Source of the DNA: Candidatus Latescibacterota bacterium
GTDB lineage: Bacteria; Latescibacterota; UBA2968; SICM01
Direction of reading: 5' to 3'
NCBI GenBank assembly: GCA_965217865.1
Contig: CBDCJO010000002.1
Span: 4,960,001 to 5,024,000, forward strand
Length of the DNA: 64,000 nucleotides
The position numbers were made by a program, and so were the translations under genes. Every line of letters starts with the position of its first letter. The first letter of the stretch is position 1. Positions 43,228-54,429 of the stretch are shown piece after piece. The notes beneath the pieces are model-generated. The model saw only the letters and a program-made list of their open reading frames with translations, was not told the origin of the DNA and ran no database searches.

Positions 43228-43685
43228 TACATGCGGAAAGTCAAGAGCAAAGTTGACGATTTCGAGGTTGGATGAGATTTTTTATGCCGGTTTTCTCAGC
43301 GTCAAGGGGTGTAAAGTGGACATTCTTACTATGTTCGGAGCGCAGTTCGCCCTTATGGTGCAGGACCGGTCTTTGAAGAGGGGCGAAGCTCCCGTGTGGG
43401 GGGTGGTGTCTTCCGATACCAACTTACATCCGCGGCCGGCACTCTTGTTTGTGTGAGTAGGTGTGCCGGTCTTCGCGCATTTTCTAATCCGATCCAGGAA
43501 GACGGGGAGGCCTGCGGATCTGTTAGCCGAAGCGACTCCTATCGGAGCCCTCCTCTCAAGCCAGTTCTGCAGGCCGCCCCTGGCCGCCTTGGAAGGCGGC
43601 AGCTTGTGTAACCGGTCCGGCAGGAGACTGCACCGGATGTGAATCGAGCAGCGATGTCAAAGAGCGAGTGTGACCGCGGCAGCGG
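43228..43685 (-). ncRNA. Candidate bridge/seek RNA region (also 17751-18208)
   Basis: 458 bp non-coding end downstream of tnp with hairpins (CCGGCAC..GTGCCGG, GCCGCCTT..AAGGCGGC, TTCGCCC..GGGCGAA); assigned by analogy to IS1111. Confidence 0.55.
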
Positions 43686-45017
43686 TCAGGCGGCGGCGCG
43701 AGCGCGCCGTCGGGGATGCTGCTTTTTCTTGTAGCGCTTCATGTAGCGCCTCTCGAGCGTTTTGAGGGATGCCGCGGGGTGGTCTCTCTCCTCGTAGAGA
43801 CGATTTTCTCTGAGCAGGGCTACGATGAGCCGTAGGAGCTGGGACGAGGCGGCCACGATATTCTTGCGGTAGCACTTCTTCCTGAGCTCGCGTTCGAGGA
43901 AGCGGCGGCGGACCTGGGGCACGACCCGGGCGGTCTGTTCGGTCATCTGGTAGATGATTCGCCGCAGCCGGGGATTGCCGATCTTGCTCATCCGCCTTTT
44001 GCCTTTGTACTTTCCGGAGTCGGCGATGCGCACGTTCGTGCCGGCGAGCTTCTCGATCTGTTTGAAGTGGGTGAAGCGGGTGGCCCCTCGCGTCTCCGCG
44101 GTAAATTGGGCAGCCAGGTTTTTGTTGATGTTGGGGATCGAGTCGACGATTTGGAAAGTCGGATCCTGCTGAGTGCGGGCGATCATCGCCTGCTCCACAG
44201 CTTTGAGTTGCGTCTCGGTCCGCCGGAGCGCCTCGATCCAGCCATTCAGGATGATGCGGAGGACATCTTCCTGGCCCTCGACCGGGATCCCGATGGAGGT
44301 CCGGGCCTCCTCCTTCAGCTTCTGCAGCGTCGCCACCCCGTAACTGCCTCTTGAGATCCGATGGATCTGGCGGCCCTCCTCTTCGATGTCAATTTCCTCG
44401 AAGTGGCGGGGCAAGAAATATCGCTCCAACAGGTAGCGGGAGGTCTTCGTACGAATGTTGACCGCGTGGAGGAACTCCGGGAAGACGCGTTCCATCAGAG
44501 ACCGGGTGCGGAGCAGGGACTTTGTGAGGTCCTTCCGGAGCTTGTCGTAGGCGATTGAGAGCTGGTGCGCGGCCTCCATGTGAGGCTCGAACGTCCTGAA
44601 GAGATCATAGCTTCCCTTCTGTGCGCTGTCGGCCACCAGAAAGGCATCCCTGGGATCCGACTTGGAGAAATCGCGGTGCATCATCGGTCTTGCGTGATAC
44701 GTCGTGAGGGGGCTCACCAGCAGCACGCGATACCCCTTCCCCTGGAGGTAGTGGGCCAGGGTAACCCACAGATTGCAGGACGTCTCGATGGCCACCACCA
44801 TCCGATCCGGCCCGCAATCTTTGATGCGTCGCTCCAGATGCTGCCAGAGGGTATGGTCATATCCCGCTCGCGTCACGGGGAATGAGAAGGCCCCGCCTTG
44901 CTGAAGTCCGGAGGGATCGAGCACCGACCCGCTGTGTTTTTCCTTGCCCGGATCGATCCCGAGGACGAAATTCTGGGAGATGGCCTGTCGTTTAAGGTGG
45001 AAGATTTTCGACTTCAT
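43686..45017 (-). CDS. IS110 family transposase/recombinase
   Basis: DEDD domain (GID, IET, KSDPRDA) and C-terminal SG motif; GGAGG RBS. Confidence 0.93.
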   Translation of the reverse strand: MKSKIFHLKRQAISQNFVLGIDPGKEKHSGSVLDPSGLQQGGAFSFPVTRAGYDHTLWQHLERRIKDCGPDRMVVAIETSCNLWVTLAHYLQGKGYRVLLVSPLTTYHARPMMHRDFSKSDPRDAFLVADSAQKGSYDLFRTFEPHMEAAHQLSIAYDKLRKDLTKSLLRTRSLMERVFPEFLHAVNIRTKTSRYLLERYFLPRHFEEIDIEEEGRQIHRISRGSYGVATLQKLKEEARTSIGIPVEGQEDVLRIILNGWIEALRRTETQLKAVEQAMIARTQQDPTFQIVDSIPNINKNLAAQFTAETRGATRFTHFKQIEKLAGTNVRIADSGKYKGKRRMSKIGNPRLRRIIYQMTEQTARVVPQVRRRFLERELRKKCYRKNIVAASSQLLRLIVALLRENRLYEERDHPAASLKTLERRYMKRYKKKQHPRRRARAAA

Positions 45018-45229
45018 CGTATACCTCCAGCGTTGAGGGTTGAGTTTGCTTGCGCTTGCCGAATCTTAAGACACCTTGCCTTGCAAGGGAAGATTCAGCC
45101 CCTCAACGCTGTTTTTTCCTCCTTTACTCAATATAGAAATCGTTAAATGCAAGCAGCGCAAAGACAAACCCCATAAACCATACACTCTTGCTCTTGACTG
45201 AGCAATCCTGCAAATCGTCGGAGGCAAGT

Positions 45230-45682
45230 ATGCAACATGTGAAGTTTACTTCAGATTATAAGATACCGATGCTGGGATTAGGGACGTGGGGCTTGCGTGG
45301 GCATGCTTGCAAGCAGGCGGTGAAAGAGGCATTGAGTCTTGAGTATACCCACATCGATACGGCGTGGATGTATGAGAACCAGGGAGCGATCGGAGAGGCG
45401 CTGAAGGAGTCTGGGACTGACCGAGGTAGGCTTTTTATCACATCTAAGGTGTGGTGCACCGACCTGCACTATGACGGGGTGTTGGCGCAGTGCGAGGAGA
45501 CGCTACGGGATCTACAGACAGCGTATGTGGATCTGTTTCTGATTCACTCGCCCAGCGAGACGGTGCCGATGGCAGAGACGTTCAAGGCACTGAAGCGACT
45601 CTTCGAGGAGAGGAAGGTTCGGAGCGTTGGGGTGAGCAATTTTACGGTGGTTCATCTGGAAGAGGCACATCCGGGTTCGTGA
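45230..45682 (+). pseudogene. Aldo/keto reductase, C-terminally truncated
   Basis: GLGTW, IDTAWMY, TSK, DLFLIH, GVSNF then early stop. Confidence 0.8.
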
Positions 45683-45702
45683 GCCACTGAACGATTTATG
45701 AA

Positions 45703-46479
45703 ATGGGAAAAGAAAGGAAATGTATGAGGTCGATACGCTGTAAAACGCTACTAATAGGACTACTATTGTGGATGGTGTTGTTCGACGAAAGAGGATATGC
45801 TCAGGATCAATTGGTCATTTCAAGTGGAATAGCTGCTGATAATGATAACATATTTCTTTTAACTGAACCAATCATCAGAGAGGCGTATACACGGTTAGGA
45901 ATCACCATTGAGATAAAGCAATATCCTTGGCTACGATCCCTTAATGCTGCTAATGATGGCATCGTTGATGGCGAACTCTACCGAGTCGCCGAAATCCAGG
46001 AGGAGTATCCTAATCTCCTGATGGTGAAGGTGCCCATTGTTTATGTAGACTTTGTTGTGTTCACTAAGGATCTTCATTTTCAGGTGAAAGGTTGGGACAG
46101 TTTACGCCCCTACCACCTCGGTTTTCTTCGAGGAGTCAAGAAAATCGAATACCACACTCAGGGGATGCAGGTTCATATGTCGAACACGCAGGAAGCAACC
46201 TTCAAAAACTTACAGATTGGACGGTCCGATCTTGTTATTGATGAACGGTTTTCCGGATTGCAAATCCTCAATACGCTGGGATTCAAGGACATTCAGGTGC
46301 TTTCTCCTCCGCTTGAACGATTTCCTAGCTATCATTTTCTGCATACTCGTCACGCAGACCTGGTACCCCAAGTGGAAAGGATATTAAAGCAACTGGAACA
46401 GGAAGGATTTATGGAAGCGGTGTACAAGCAGGTGAGCCAAGAACTGTTCAGTCCGAAAGAGGAGTCATTGCCTGAATAG
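45703..46479 (+). CDS. Solute-binding protein family 3
   Basis: Signal peptide; PWLRSL..ANDG.VDGE; GRSD. Confidence 0.8.
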   Translation: MGKERKCMRSIRCKTLLIGLLLWMVLFDERGYAQDQLVISSGIAADNDNIFLLTEPIIREAYTRLGITIEIKQYPWLRSLNAANDGIVDGELYRVAEIQEEYPNLLMVKVPIVYVDFVVFTKDLHFQVKGWDSLRPYHLGFLRGVKKIEYHTQGMQVHMSNTQEATFKNLQIGRSDLVIDERFSGLQILNTLGFKDIQVLSPPLERFPSYHFLHTRHADLVPQVERILKQLEQEGFMEAVYKQVSQELFSPKEESLPE

Positions 46480-46581
46480 AAAGGGATTGCTTAACCGCCA
46501 AATGCACCGTATTTGGGGGACGCGCAGCAATTTTAGCTCTGTACGTTTGGTCACGTTTCTTGTTGCTTCAAGCTTGGGGGC

Positions 46582-47900
46582 TGTATCTATTCTGAGATAA
46601 CAAGAGAAAAGCAGATAAAGGTCCAAGCAAGATTCAGGCAGCCTTGTGGATGGTCTGGGATGTTCTTTGCCGATTGATTTCTATGCGGCGCTGCCGAGCC
46701 TCCTCCTTTCGACCTTGTCGGTGGTGAAGAATCTTTTGATGCTGGCCTTTATGCCTCTGAAGAGGCGTGACATACTGTATTGCCCCGTGATAGCGTTCGG
46801 CGTTGTAGCTGTGAATGAAGGAATCAATCAGGCCTTCCAGTTGATGGAATGTGAAGATGTCCTGGAAGCGCAGCCAGTCGTATTTGAATGTCCGGAAAAA
46901 GGCTTCGATCCAGGCGTTGTCCGTGGGTGTTTGATATCGGGCAAACAGCTGCGAGATGCCCAGGTCCTTGAAGAATTGGGCCATCGATTTGGCCTTCATC
47001 TGAGATCCGTGATCTGAGAGGGCTGTCAAGCTTATGGGCCCAGTGTCCAGGTCCAGCAGTCCTTCGTTGGCAAGGGCTTGATCCCAGGCCTGTTTGACCT
47101 GCTCCACGGTCGCGTTGAAGGAGAGCTTCCATCCTACGATCTTCCTGGAATACACGTCGAGAATGGCGGTAAAATACAGGAACAAACCGAAAAATGGGAT
47201 GTAGGTCAGGTCCCAGCTCCAGACCTGATTAGGACCTTCAGGTTTGACCTGGGGCTTGCTCTGCTTGACCGGCGTCCTCACCTGTTTCCTGCGTGTGGAG
47301 GCCGAGGCCTGCACTACCCCCTTCTCTGAGGCTACCACCGCCAGCTGATGGGGAGGCAGATCGGCATAGGTCTCATCCGTGTGGGGCCTCATCAGGGGCG
47401 GGCCCGGGCTTCCCATCCAAAAGCGGGTCCGACACCCCATCCAGCTTCTCTTCTCGATCTCGCCGGCTCCAGGCACAATACCGCTGGAGGGGAAGCTGTA
47501 GGATCTCGCAAGAACGGGTGAGTTTCACCCCTTTCTCCTTGGCCCGATGGACCATTAAGAGGATCTCGCGTTTGACCTCAGCTTGCACCCGGTGGCCCTT
47601 GATCGGGCCTGTCAGATCCCATTCACACTTTTTTTTAGCAGGGAAAGTTCCACAGATTGCTCAATGATCGTTTGCTCCAGGCGTGCCCGCTCTTTGCGCA
47701 GCTGCTCCACCTCCTCAGCCGATACCATCGGCTTGCGGCTCCGGCGACCCTTGAACTCCTTGAGGGCCGTTGCTCCATCTTTACTCCTCCTGTGAGGTCA
47801 GGGATATCCCAAAATATGTATCCCTTCTCAACCCTACAGGCAACCAGGATCTTGCTTCGACCTTGCCCCCGTTTTTTCGGGCGATCTCAGACAAAAGATA
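46582..47900 (-). mobile_element. IS3-family element, copy 2 with internal deletions
   Basis: Inverted copy of 40535-42068; deletions in orfA and at the start of orfB; follows attC left half GCTTAAC at 46489. Confidence 0.9.
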
Positions 47901-48569
47901 GGACCCCCAGTGCCAGATTCCCGCTGTGGCTGCTGGTTGTCGGAATAATTGCTTATACGACCCTGTTGAGCACACTCTCAGCCGTCGGATCCGCGTTGTT
48001 GTTTCGGTATGCTGCGCGGCAGCGACCTCCGGCGGTAGTACGGTCGGAGGGTTGACCCGCGCGCCGGCGATCTAATCAGAGATCGCGGACCTAGGCCGGT
48101 TCCCCGGGACGGAGAATGAAATTCCGGGTTTCGCCGCCTCCCACGCGTGAAGCGCCTTACTTGCCGTTAGTTTCGACTGAGTATCAAATATAGATCCCCG
48201 CTGGACAGGTTGTGTGGCGGGGATTCCCGTCAAAAGCAGCCTCCCAACCACCTCCAATGACATACACCTATTCTATTATTCTATTTCCCCTATCTGCGCT
48301 CAGATCAGCAAAGCCATGAATTACCGGTAGAAAAACACTCTTGGCCAGGCATCCACGTGACCTACAGAAGAACGCCATCACGACGCTTCGTTTCATCAAG
48401 AAGTACTTGACATCAGCCTGAGTCTTGATATTTTATTCGATGAGTTTGCTGGGGAAGCCGCCAGTCCGCGGAAAGGGTCTCAGGCCCACCCCACCTCCCG
48501 CTATGTCCGACATATACCTTCTTTCTGCCCGCCGTGCGGACACCGGGCGCTTTCAGAAAGAGGGTTCCC

Positions 48570-50057
48570 ATGTCTAAGCTTCCCGCAAGTCCCAACCTAG
48601 TTTACCTCCGCAAGCAGGCGCGCAATTTCCTCAAAGCACTCCAGGAGGGTGATCCTGAAGCGCGCTCTCGTGTTATCGAGGGACACCCGCGCCTATCTTC
48701 CAACTCTTCAGACCCGGAGGTAGAGGAACTCGGGCTTGTCGACGTGCAGCTCGTCATCGCACGCGAGTACGGGTTCGACTCCTGGGCGAAGATGAAAGCC
48801 CACATTCTCAACGTTTCTGACGAGCTGATTAGCCGATTTCGTGAAGCGTTGATCCAGTACGATGTTGAGGCAACACGCCGATGTCTAGATGAATGTCCAG
48901 ACTTGGTCAACCTGCGTTTGCCAGATGGAGATGACCCTCTCGCGCCCATCACATCGGAGTCTGGATTCCAGACGCCATTGCACATTGTTGCGTATCATCG
49001 CAACTGGATACCCGCACATCGTGATCCCCGGCCTCACATTGAATTGACCCGCTTACTCATCGAAAGGGGCGCCGACGTCAATGCCTCCGACAGCGAAGGT
49101 GAGGGCCCGCTGGTCCTTGCAACTCACGAGGGTTCGATTGAGTCTATGAAGCTCCTGCTGGAAGCCGGTGCCGATCCAAACATGGTGGGACATGGCGGTG
49201 GGAGCGCCTTAAGCTGCGCAGCCGTACACTGTGACTGGGATCGGTGTGATCTCCTAATGGCTGCCGGCGCCGAACCAGATCTTGGAACAGCAGCAATGAT
49301 GGGAGATTTCGATCGAGTTCAACATCTATTGTCAGCATCCGAGTACGCGAATGATACGCTGCTTCAAGCACTTGATGGCGCCCTACGTTTTGGCCATCAG
49401 GAGGTCGCGCGGATCTTGGTGAATCAGGGCATCCCACCCTCAAGCGCACATGCAGCAGCGTTGGGCATGGATGACCGTGTTAAGCAAATGGTTGCTAACA
49501 ATCCACAGCTTGTAACGAATCCGGACATTGGAGAGGACCCACTCGCGGCGGCGGCTCTGAACGGCCACACTAATCTGGTCCTATGGTTGTTGGACCACGG
49601 CGCTGATCCGAATCATCCCGATGATGATAATGCCGCTCCGCTGCATCAATGTGCCATGGGTGGGCATATCGCCGCGGCGGCGGTTCCTGGGCTCGTAAAC
49701 GCGGGCGCAATGCTTCAGGCCATCCATCGCGGTTTTTCGCCCCTTCGGCGGGCGTTATCTACCGGCAATCTCGCTGTGGCGTTGGCTCTGATTGACGCGG
49801 GAGCAGATGTCAATGAGGCTACAGACGAGGAACCGAATCGGCTATTTCAACTCGCCGACGCTGAACGAAGTGGACAACCTCTGGAACTCTACCCGACGGT
49901 TATCGAGGCATTGATTCAACGAGGTGCAGGAGTCAACGAGACTGATACGAGGGGCCGAACATCATTGGATGCAGCGATAGCGGCCATCAAACCACACTGT
50001 GCCGAAATTCTTCGTCGCCACGGTGGTATGACCTCGCAGGAACTTTCGACGGCGTAG
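48570..50057 (+). CDS. Ankyrin-repeat protein with N-terminal PNLVYLRKQA..IAREYGFDSW domain
   Basis: Multiple ankyrin motifs; ATG 48570; half attC GCATAAC at 50059. Confidence 0.88.
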   Translation: MSKLPASPNLVYLRKQARNFLKALQEGDPEARSRVIEGHPRLSSNSSDPEVEELGLVDVQLVIAREYGFDSWAKMKAHILNVSDELISRFREALIQYDVEATRRCLDECPDLVNLRLPDGDDPLAPITSESGFQTPLHIVAYHRNWIPAHRDPRPHIELTRLLIERGADVNASDSEGEGPLVLATHEGSIESMKLLLEAGADPNMVGHGGGSALSCAAVHCDWDRCDLLMAAGAEPDLGTAAMMGDFDRVQHLLSASEYANDTLLQALDGALRFGHQEVARILVNQGIPPSSAHAAALGMDDRVKQMVANNPQLVTNPDIGEDPLAAAALNGHTNLVLWLLDHGADPNHPDDDNAAPLHQCAMGGHIAAAAVPGLVNAGAMLQAIHRGFSPLRRALSTGNLAVALALIDAGADVNEATDEEPNRLFQLADAERSGQPLELYPTVIEALIQRGAGVNETDTRGRTSLDAAIAAIKPHCAEILRRHGGMTSQELSTA

Positions 50058-50228
50058 GCATAACAAGCGGATCGAGACGGACCGGTCAGGCTACCCTCCC
50101 ATAGATACGTTTTCTTGCGGGGATTTTCAACAATAGCTATCTTCTTTTAACAAGCAGAGAATCACGAAAAACAAAACGTGTGACGTCCGCTCTATTCTTC
50201 ATTTCGTGATGACAACAACCAACACAGC

Positions 50229-50342
50229 ATGTAACAAGACGGTTCCCGGCTCCGCTCCTTCGTCGCTCCGGCCCAACTTGGCCTCACCGCACCGAAGACC
50301 CAACCACCCAATGGCCAAGTTCGGGAACCGCGACCGTTAACT
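50229..50342 (+). other. attC site
   Basis: ATGTAAC..CGGTTCCCG...CGGGAACCG..GTTAACT; GTTAACTGC pairs with GCAGTTAAC at 51217. Confidence 0.85.
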
Positions 50343-50419
50343 GCCATACAGTTTTTTGACTTATGGTTTGAGTATAAGGGGCAAAAACTGATTTCGAAGC
50401 CTAAAAACACCTTGGCCCT

Positions 50420-51169
50420 GAATATGCGTCGCAATTTAAAGATCACAGCATTGTTGACGCTTATCACCACCGACCTCCCTATCCCCCAGAGGCTTTTGAA
50501 TTCCTTTCAGAACTCATTACAGACGAACCAAGAAGGACGCTTGATGTCGGATGTGGTACAGGAGATATTGCTCGAGGGCTGTTAAATTTTGTTGACAGGA
50601 TCGATGCGGTAGATTTTTCGGAGGGAATGATCGAAAAAGGCAAACGTTTACCCGATGGCGATAATTCCAAACTCAGGTGGATCTGTGGTCCAGTGGAAGA
50701 AGTGCCATATCAGTCCCCCTATGCCTTGATTACAGCAGGAGAAAGTCTTCACTGGATGTCTTGGGACATTGTTTTGCCACGATTCAAAAAAGCGCTCACT
50801 CCAAGAGGGTATGTGGCACTGATAACTCGCAGCAAGGGCATAAATAGTCAAGAAGAGATTGATATCATTAATCGGTTTTCCACGAATAAAGATTTTCAAC
50901 CATACGATATGATAGGTGAATTGGAGAAGCGTGGCTTGTTTCGGACACAGGGCAAGAAGCAGACAAAGCCTATTATATGGCGTCCTTCAATTGATAAATA
51001 TATCGAAATGAGGCACTCACAAAATGGCCTTTCCCGAGATCGGCTGGGAAAAGAGAATACTATTGCATTTGATGCCGAGTTGAGAGAATTATTGCTGAGA
51101 AATTACAATGATGAAAGATTAGAGTTGGAAATCCGCGGGAGCGTAACATGGGGAACCCCTACGCCATGA
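50420..51169 (+). pseudogene. SAM methyltransferase, 5' end damaged
   Basis: YHHRPPYP, LDVGCGTG upstream of and in frame with ORF 50627, without a clean start. Confidence 0.65.
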
Positions 51170-51401
51170 AATAACTGTCCGCCCCGTTTTGCCTTCCCCT
51201 GACAAAAACCTGTAAAGCAGTTAACACAACACTCCCGAGCTTCGGCCCGTTTCGGGCCTGGCCGTCCGACGGGGTCGGCTCAGGTCATGGGGTTGGAACG
51301 GCCGGGGATGGAATTGTGAAAAACTCGCCGAACCAGGTTTCGCATGGGACGTCGCTATCGGACCCCGGGTCAAGGCCATGGTCCGCCTCGCAGGTGAGGA
51401 G

Positions 51402-52553
51402 ATGAACAATCCGTACGAAAGCGTGAACTGGCAGAGTACGATCAGAGTCGGATCCGCAACCCATATACACCTAGACAACCAGAGCGACATGGATAACGGG
51501 TATCGTTTTGGCCTAAGGCATTTACCAATATCTAACTACTACCCGTCAGCGCCTTATGACGCGGACACCCGGCTCAGTGATTTCCGGTTGCGTCAATGGT
51601 GGGGAATCAAGCGCCACGGAGAGCTGTTGGATCCGCCCATCAATTGGAACGGCATCATCACCTGGCCGGATGAGTTCGAAGCGCCGTACAGATCGGAGTT
51701 TCCCTTTACCGAAACGGACCCTGTGTTCACGAAAATCCCTGAGGATGTGATCTTAAGCCACAATGCGGAGCATCATGGGTTCACCAATTCAGGAGCCCAC
51801 ATATGCAGTCCGGGCTCCTCCTTTGCCTCAGGAACCTTCGATGTACGGGGGCGGCGTTATCATCTGAAGGAACACGGCTTCCCCGTGGGCTTTGGAGGCA
51901 CGTGGCAGGAAGGTTTTGAAGGCATGCTCCAGGCCATCGACTATTCCGACGGGGGAGGAATCACGATCGCTCACCCGACCTGGTTTTCCCGGTTTTCGGA
52001 CGACCGCGTCTTGGAGATGCTGGATTTTGACGAGAGGGTTCTTGGAATCGAAATCTACAACGACTACTCAGCCACGAGAAACTGGTTCGAGAATCCTGAC
52101 TACAAAGCCCCATCCGAGTCAGAACCCGGCTTTTCTCTGAACCTCTGGGACCGGATTCTGTCCACGGGTCGAAGATGCTGGGGCTTTTGCGTGCCCGATC
52201 ACAGTGTCTGCAAAGTCGGAGACTGGCACGGGCGAAATATCCTCCTTGTCTCCGAATTCACGGAACACGACTGCCTGAAAGCCTATCGCCAAGGCCGGTT
52301 CTACGGGTGTTTGAAGGGCAGTAGTCTCACAATCACGGACTTCACGGCCACGGATTCCTCGATCTCCGTCACGGCCAGTTCCACAGCAACGATCAAGTTC
52401 ATAACCGATGCCGGCCTGGCAAAATCGATTACGGGAGACACCGCCGTTTACGAGTTGCCGCAAAAAATCGGCGCCCCTGATGTGAAATATGTACGCGTGG
52501 AACTCGAGGATGAATCCGGAGAACGCCTCTTCCTGCAACCAGTCTTGATGTAG
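51402..52553 (+). CDS. PHP-like metallohydrolase
   Basis: THIH, NAEHH, IAHP, IEIYND, PDH, GRFYG. Confidence 0.65.
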   Translation: MNNPYESVNWQSTIRVGSATHIHLDNQSDMDNGYRFGLRHLPISNYYPSAPYDADTRLSDFRLRQWWGIKRHGELLDPPINWNGIITWPDEFEAPYRSEFPFTETDPVFTKIPEDVILSHNAEHHGFTNSGAHICSPGSSFASGTFDVRGRRYHLKEHGFPVGFGGTWQEGFEGMLQAIDYSDGGGITIAHPTWFSRFSDDRVLEMLDFDERVLGIEIYNDYSATRNWFENPDYKAPSESEPGFSLNLWDRILSTGRRCWGFCVPDHSVCKVGDWHGRNILLVSEFTEHDCLKAYRQGRFYGCLKGSSLTITDFTATDSSISVTASSTATIKFITDAGLAKSITGDTAVYELPQKIGAPDVKYVRVELEDESGERLFLQPVLM

Positions 52554-53139
52554 CAGCCGAGCTTGAGGAGCTTATGACGAAGTCATTTGCAGCACTCGCG
52601 GAATCGTACAGGAAGGCTCTTGCGCCTTCGATCCAAAACACAAACCCGAAGACCAGTCGACACGTTCTACTCAGAAAGAATTCGACCACCCGAACACCCC
52701 TGAATGGGTAAAGACCAAGGCGTCGGGAATGGTATGTACTCTTCCGGTAGGCCCTGAATACTCAGGAGAGACAAAGGCTAACGAGGATAGAGGCGATCCT
52801 TGCGGGCGAAGGCAAGGTCGAGAACATCAGGCAGGACGCGTACCACGTTTTTGAGGCACAGAAGCAAGGCTCCTACTTCATCACTACAGACTAAAGGATT
52901 CTGACATTTGAACTCGTTTGGGCAACACGATGGGAGCTGAAGCAAACAGAGTGATCGCCCCAATCCTAGGTCTGCCCGAACTACCCGTTATTGACTTTCC
53001 ACGCGATGATGTTTCGGGATTACTTGCGTGAAAATCCTGATGAACAAAGAAAGTATGAGGGGCCCTATGACTCTGTGCGTTTTTCAAAGATCCAAAAGTA
53101 ATGTGTTGGCAATTCCAGTGAAGTGAAGAGGGGGTAAGT

Positions 53140-54429
53140 ATGGATGATAAGATGAATATTCCTGAACTACATGCTCAGGTTGCTCGCCTGGAGAAAGAGT
53201 TAAGAGAAGCTCGCGACCTGTTGGCGCAGGCAACGCACGATTCTGAATCGGTGACTGCTGAATTGAAACTTACGCGAGCTTATGCACTCAGTGCTGCAAA
53301 AGATTCGATTGAGGAAGTGATTGAAGGTTGTGCGGGTTCGCTGAGTCGTTATGGGTTCTGTGTGATTGACGATGTGATCCCGCCTGATGAGGTGGGTAAA
53401 ATTCGTGAAGAAGCGGTCGCCGCTTCAGCAACGGTTGCTCAAAATATAAAAGCGATACAAGACTTGCTTGGCGACCGGGAATTGTCTCCTGAGGAAGTTT
53501 TACGTGAGGCGAAGGCAAAAGGTGTGGAAATGAGGCCTGTGCGCAGAGCAAGGCACCCACCCAAACCGCCGAACGATATTATATGGCTGCCGAAGTATGC
53601 ACAGCATTTGGCCAATCCTGTTGTGACCGCAGTGGCGCGTCATGTGCTCGACGATCACTTGCGTATTGCACAGTTGCATTCGCGGATGATTGTGGCGGAC
53701 AAACCCGATGGTACGTTGGGTGGATATGGCTCTCCCAAAACACGAGGGAATCCTGAGACGCGTGAATGGCATACAGATTGGCCTCACGATTTGTCTGCTT
53801 ATGGAAGAGATAATCCATTTCGAAATGCGGGCTGTATTCGCCAGCCTTTTCCAAACATTGCGATGTGTCTGGTTATGATCTGGTATTTGACGGATGTAGA
53901 TGAAACTTCTGGCGGGACGTGGGCAGTGCCTGGGTCGCATAGGGACAAACGCAATCCGCGTGGACCTGCTGATTGTATTTCGGTTACAGCGCCTATTCCT
54001 GGCGATATGCAGGTGAGTGCAAAGGCAGGGTCTGTTTTTATTCAGGATTCACGAAATTGGCACGGGTCTGCGATGCATAATCCCAGTGGGCGAGATCGGG
54101 TTGCGATCGTTAATCGATGGGCCCCATGGTGGTTGGCGGTCGATGATTATGCACCGGGCAATGTGTATAGCACCAATATGGTATGTCGTCCACTCGCGCA
54201 TGATGAGTATCTTGCGTTGCCTAAAGATCTACAACCGCTGATGCGCCATCTTTGCCCAGATGAACACGATACATTGCAGGAGCCGGTACTTGAACGTGCC
54301 AAAGAGTCTGGTTTGCGCGCTCAGTCATGTTTTCAGCAACTGGAAGAAGACCCAGATTCATTGGCAGATGCAAACGCTCACATTCGTGTGCCGGTGGATC
54401 GGTTATGCGATTCTACCCAAAACCTCTAA
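53140..54429 (+). CDS. PhyH-family dioxygenase
   Basis: WHTD, VPGSH, DSRNWHG. Confidence 0.85.
   Translation: MDDKMNIPELHAQVARLEKELREARDLLAQATHDSESVTAELKLTRAYALSAAKDSIEEVIEGCAGSLSRYGFCVIDDVIPPDEVGKIREEAVAASATVAQNIKAIQDLLGDRELSPEEVLREAKAKGVEMRPVRRARHPPKPPNDIIWLPKYAQHLANPVVTAVARHVLDDHLRIAQLHSRMIVADKPDGTLGGYGSPKTRGNPETREWHTDWPHDLSAYGRDNPFRNAGCIRQPFPNIAMCLVMIWYLTDVDETSGGTWAVPGSHRDKRNPRGPADCISVTAPIPGDMQVSAKAGSVFIQDSRNWHGSAMHNPSGRDRVAIVNRWAPWWLAVDDYAPGNVYSTNMVCRPLAHDEYLALPKDLQPLMRHLCPDEHDTLQEPVLERAKESGLRAQSCFQQLEEDPDSLADANAHIRVPVDRLCDSTQNL

Larger units (their letters stand above)
43228..45141 (-). mobile_element. IS110-family element, copy 2 (intact)
   Basis: 1914 bp, duplicate of 17751-19665. 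Confidence 0.93.
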
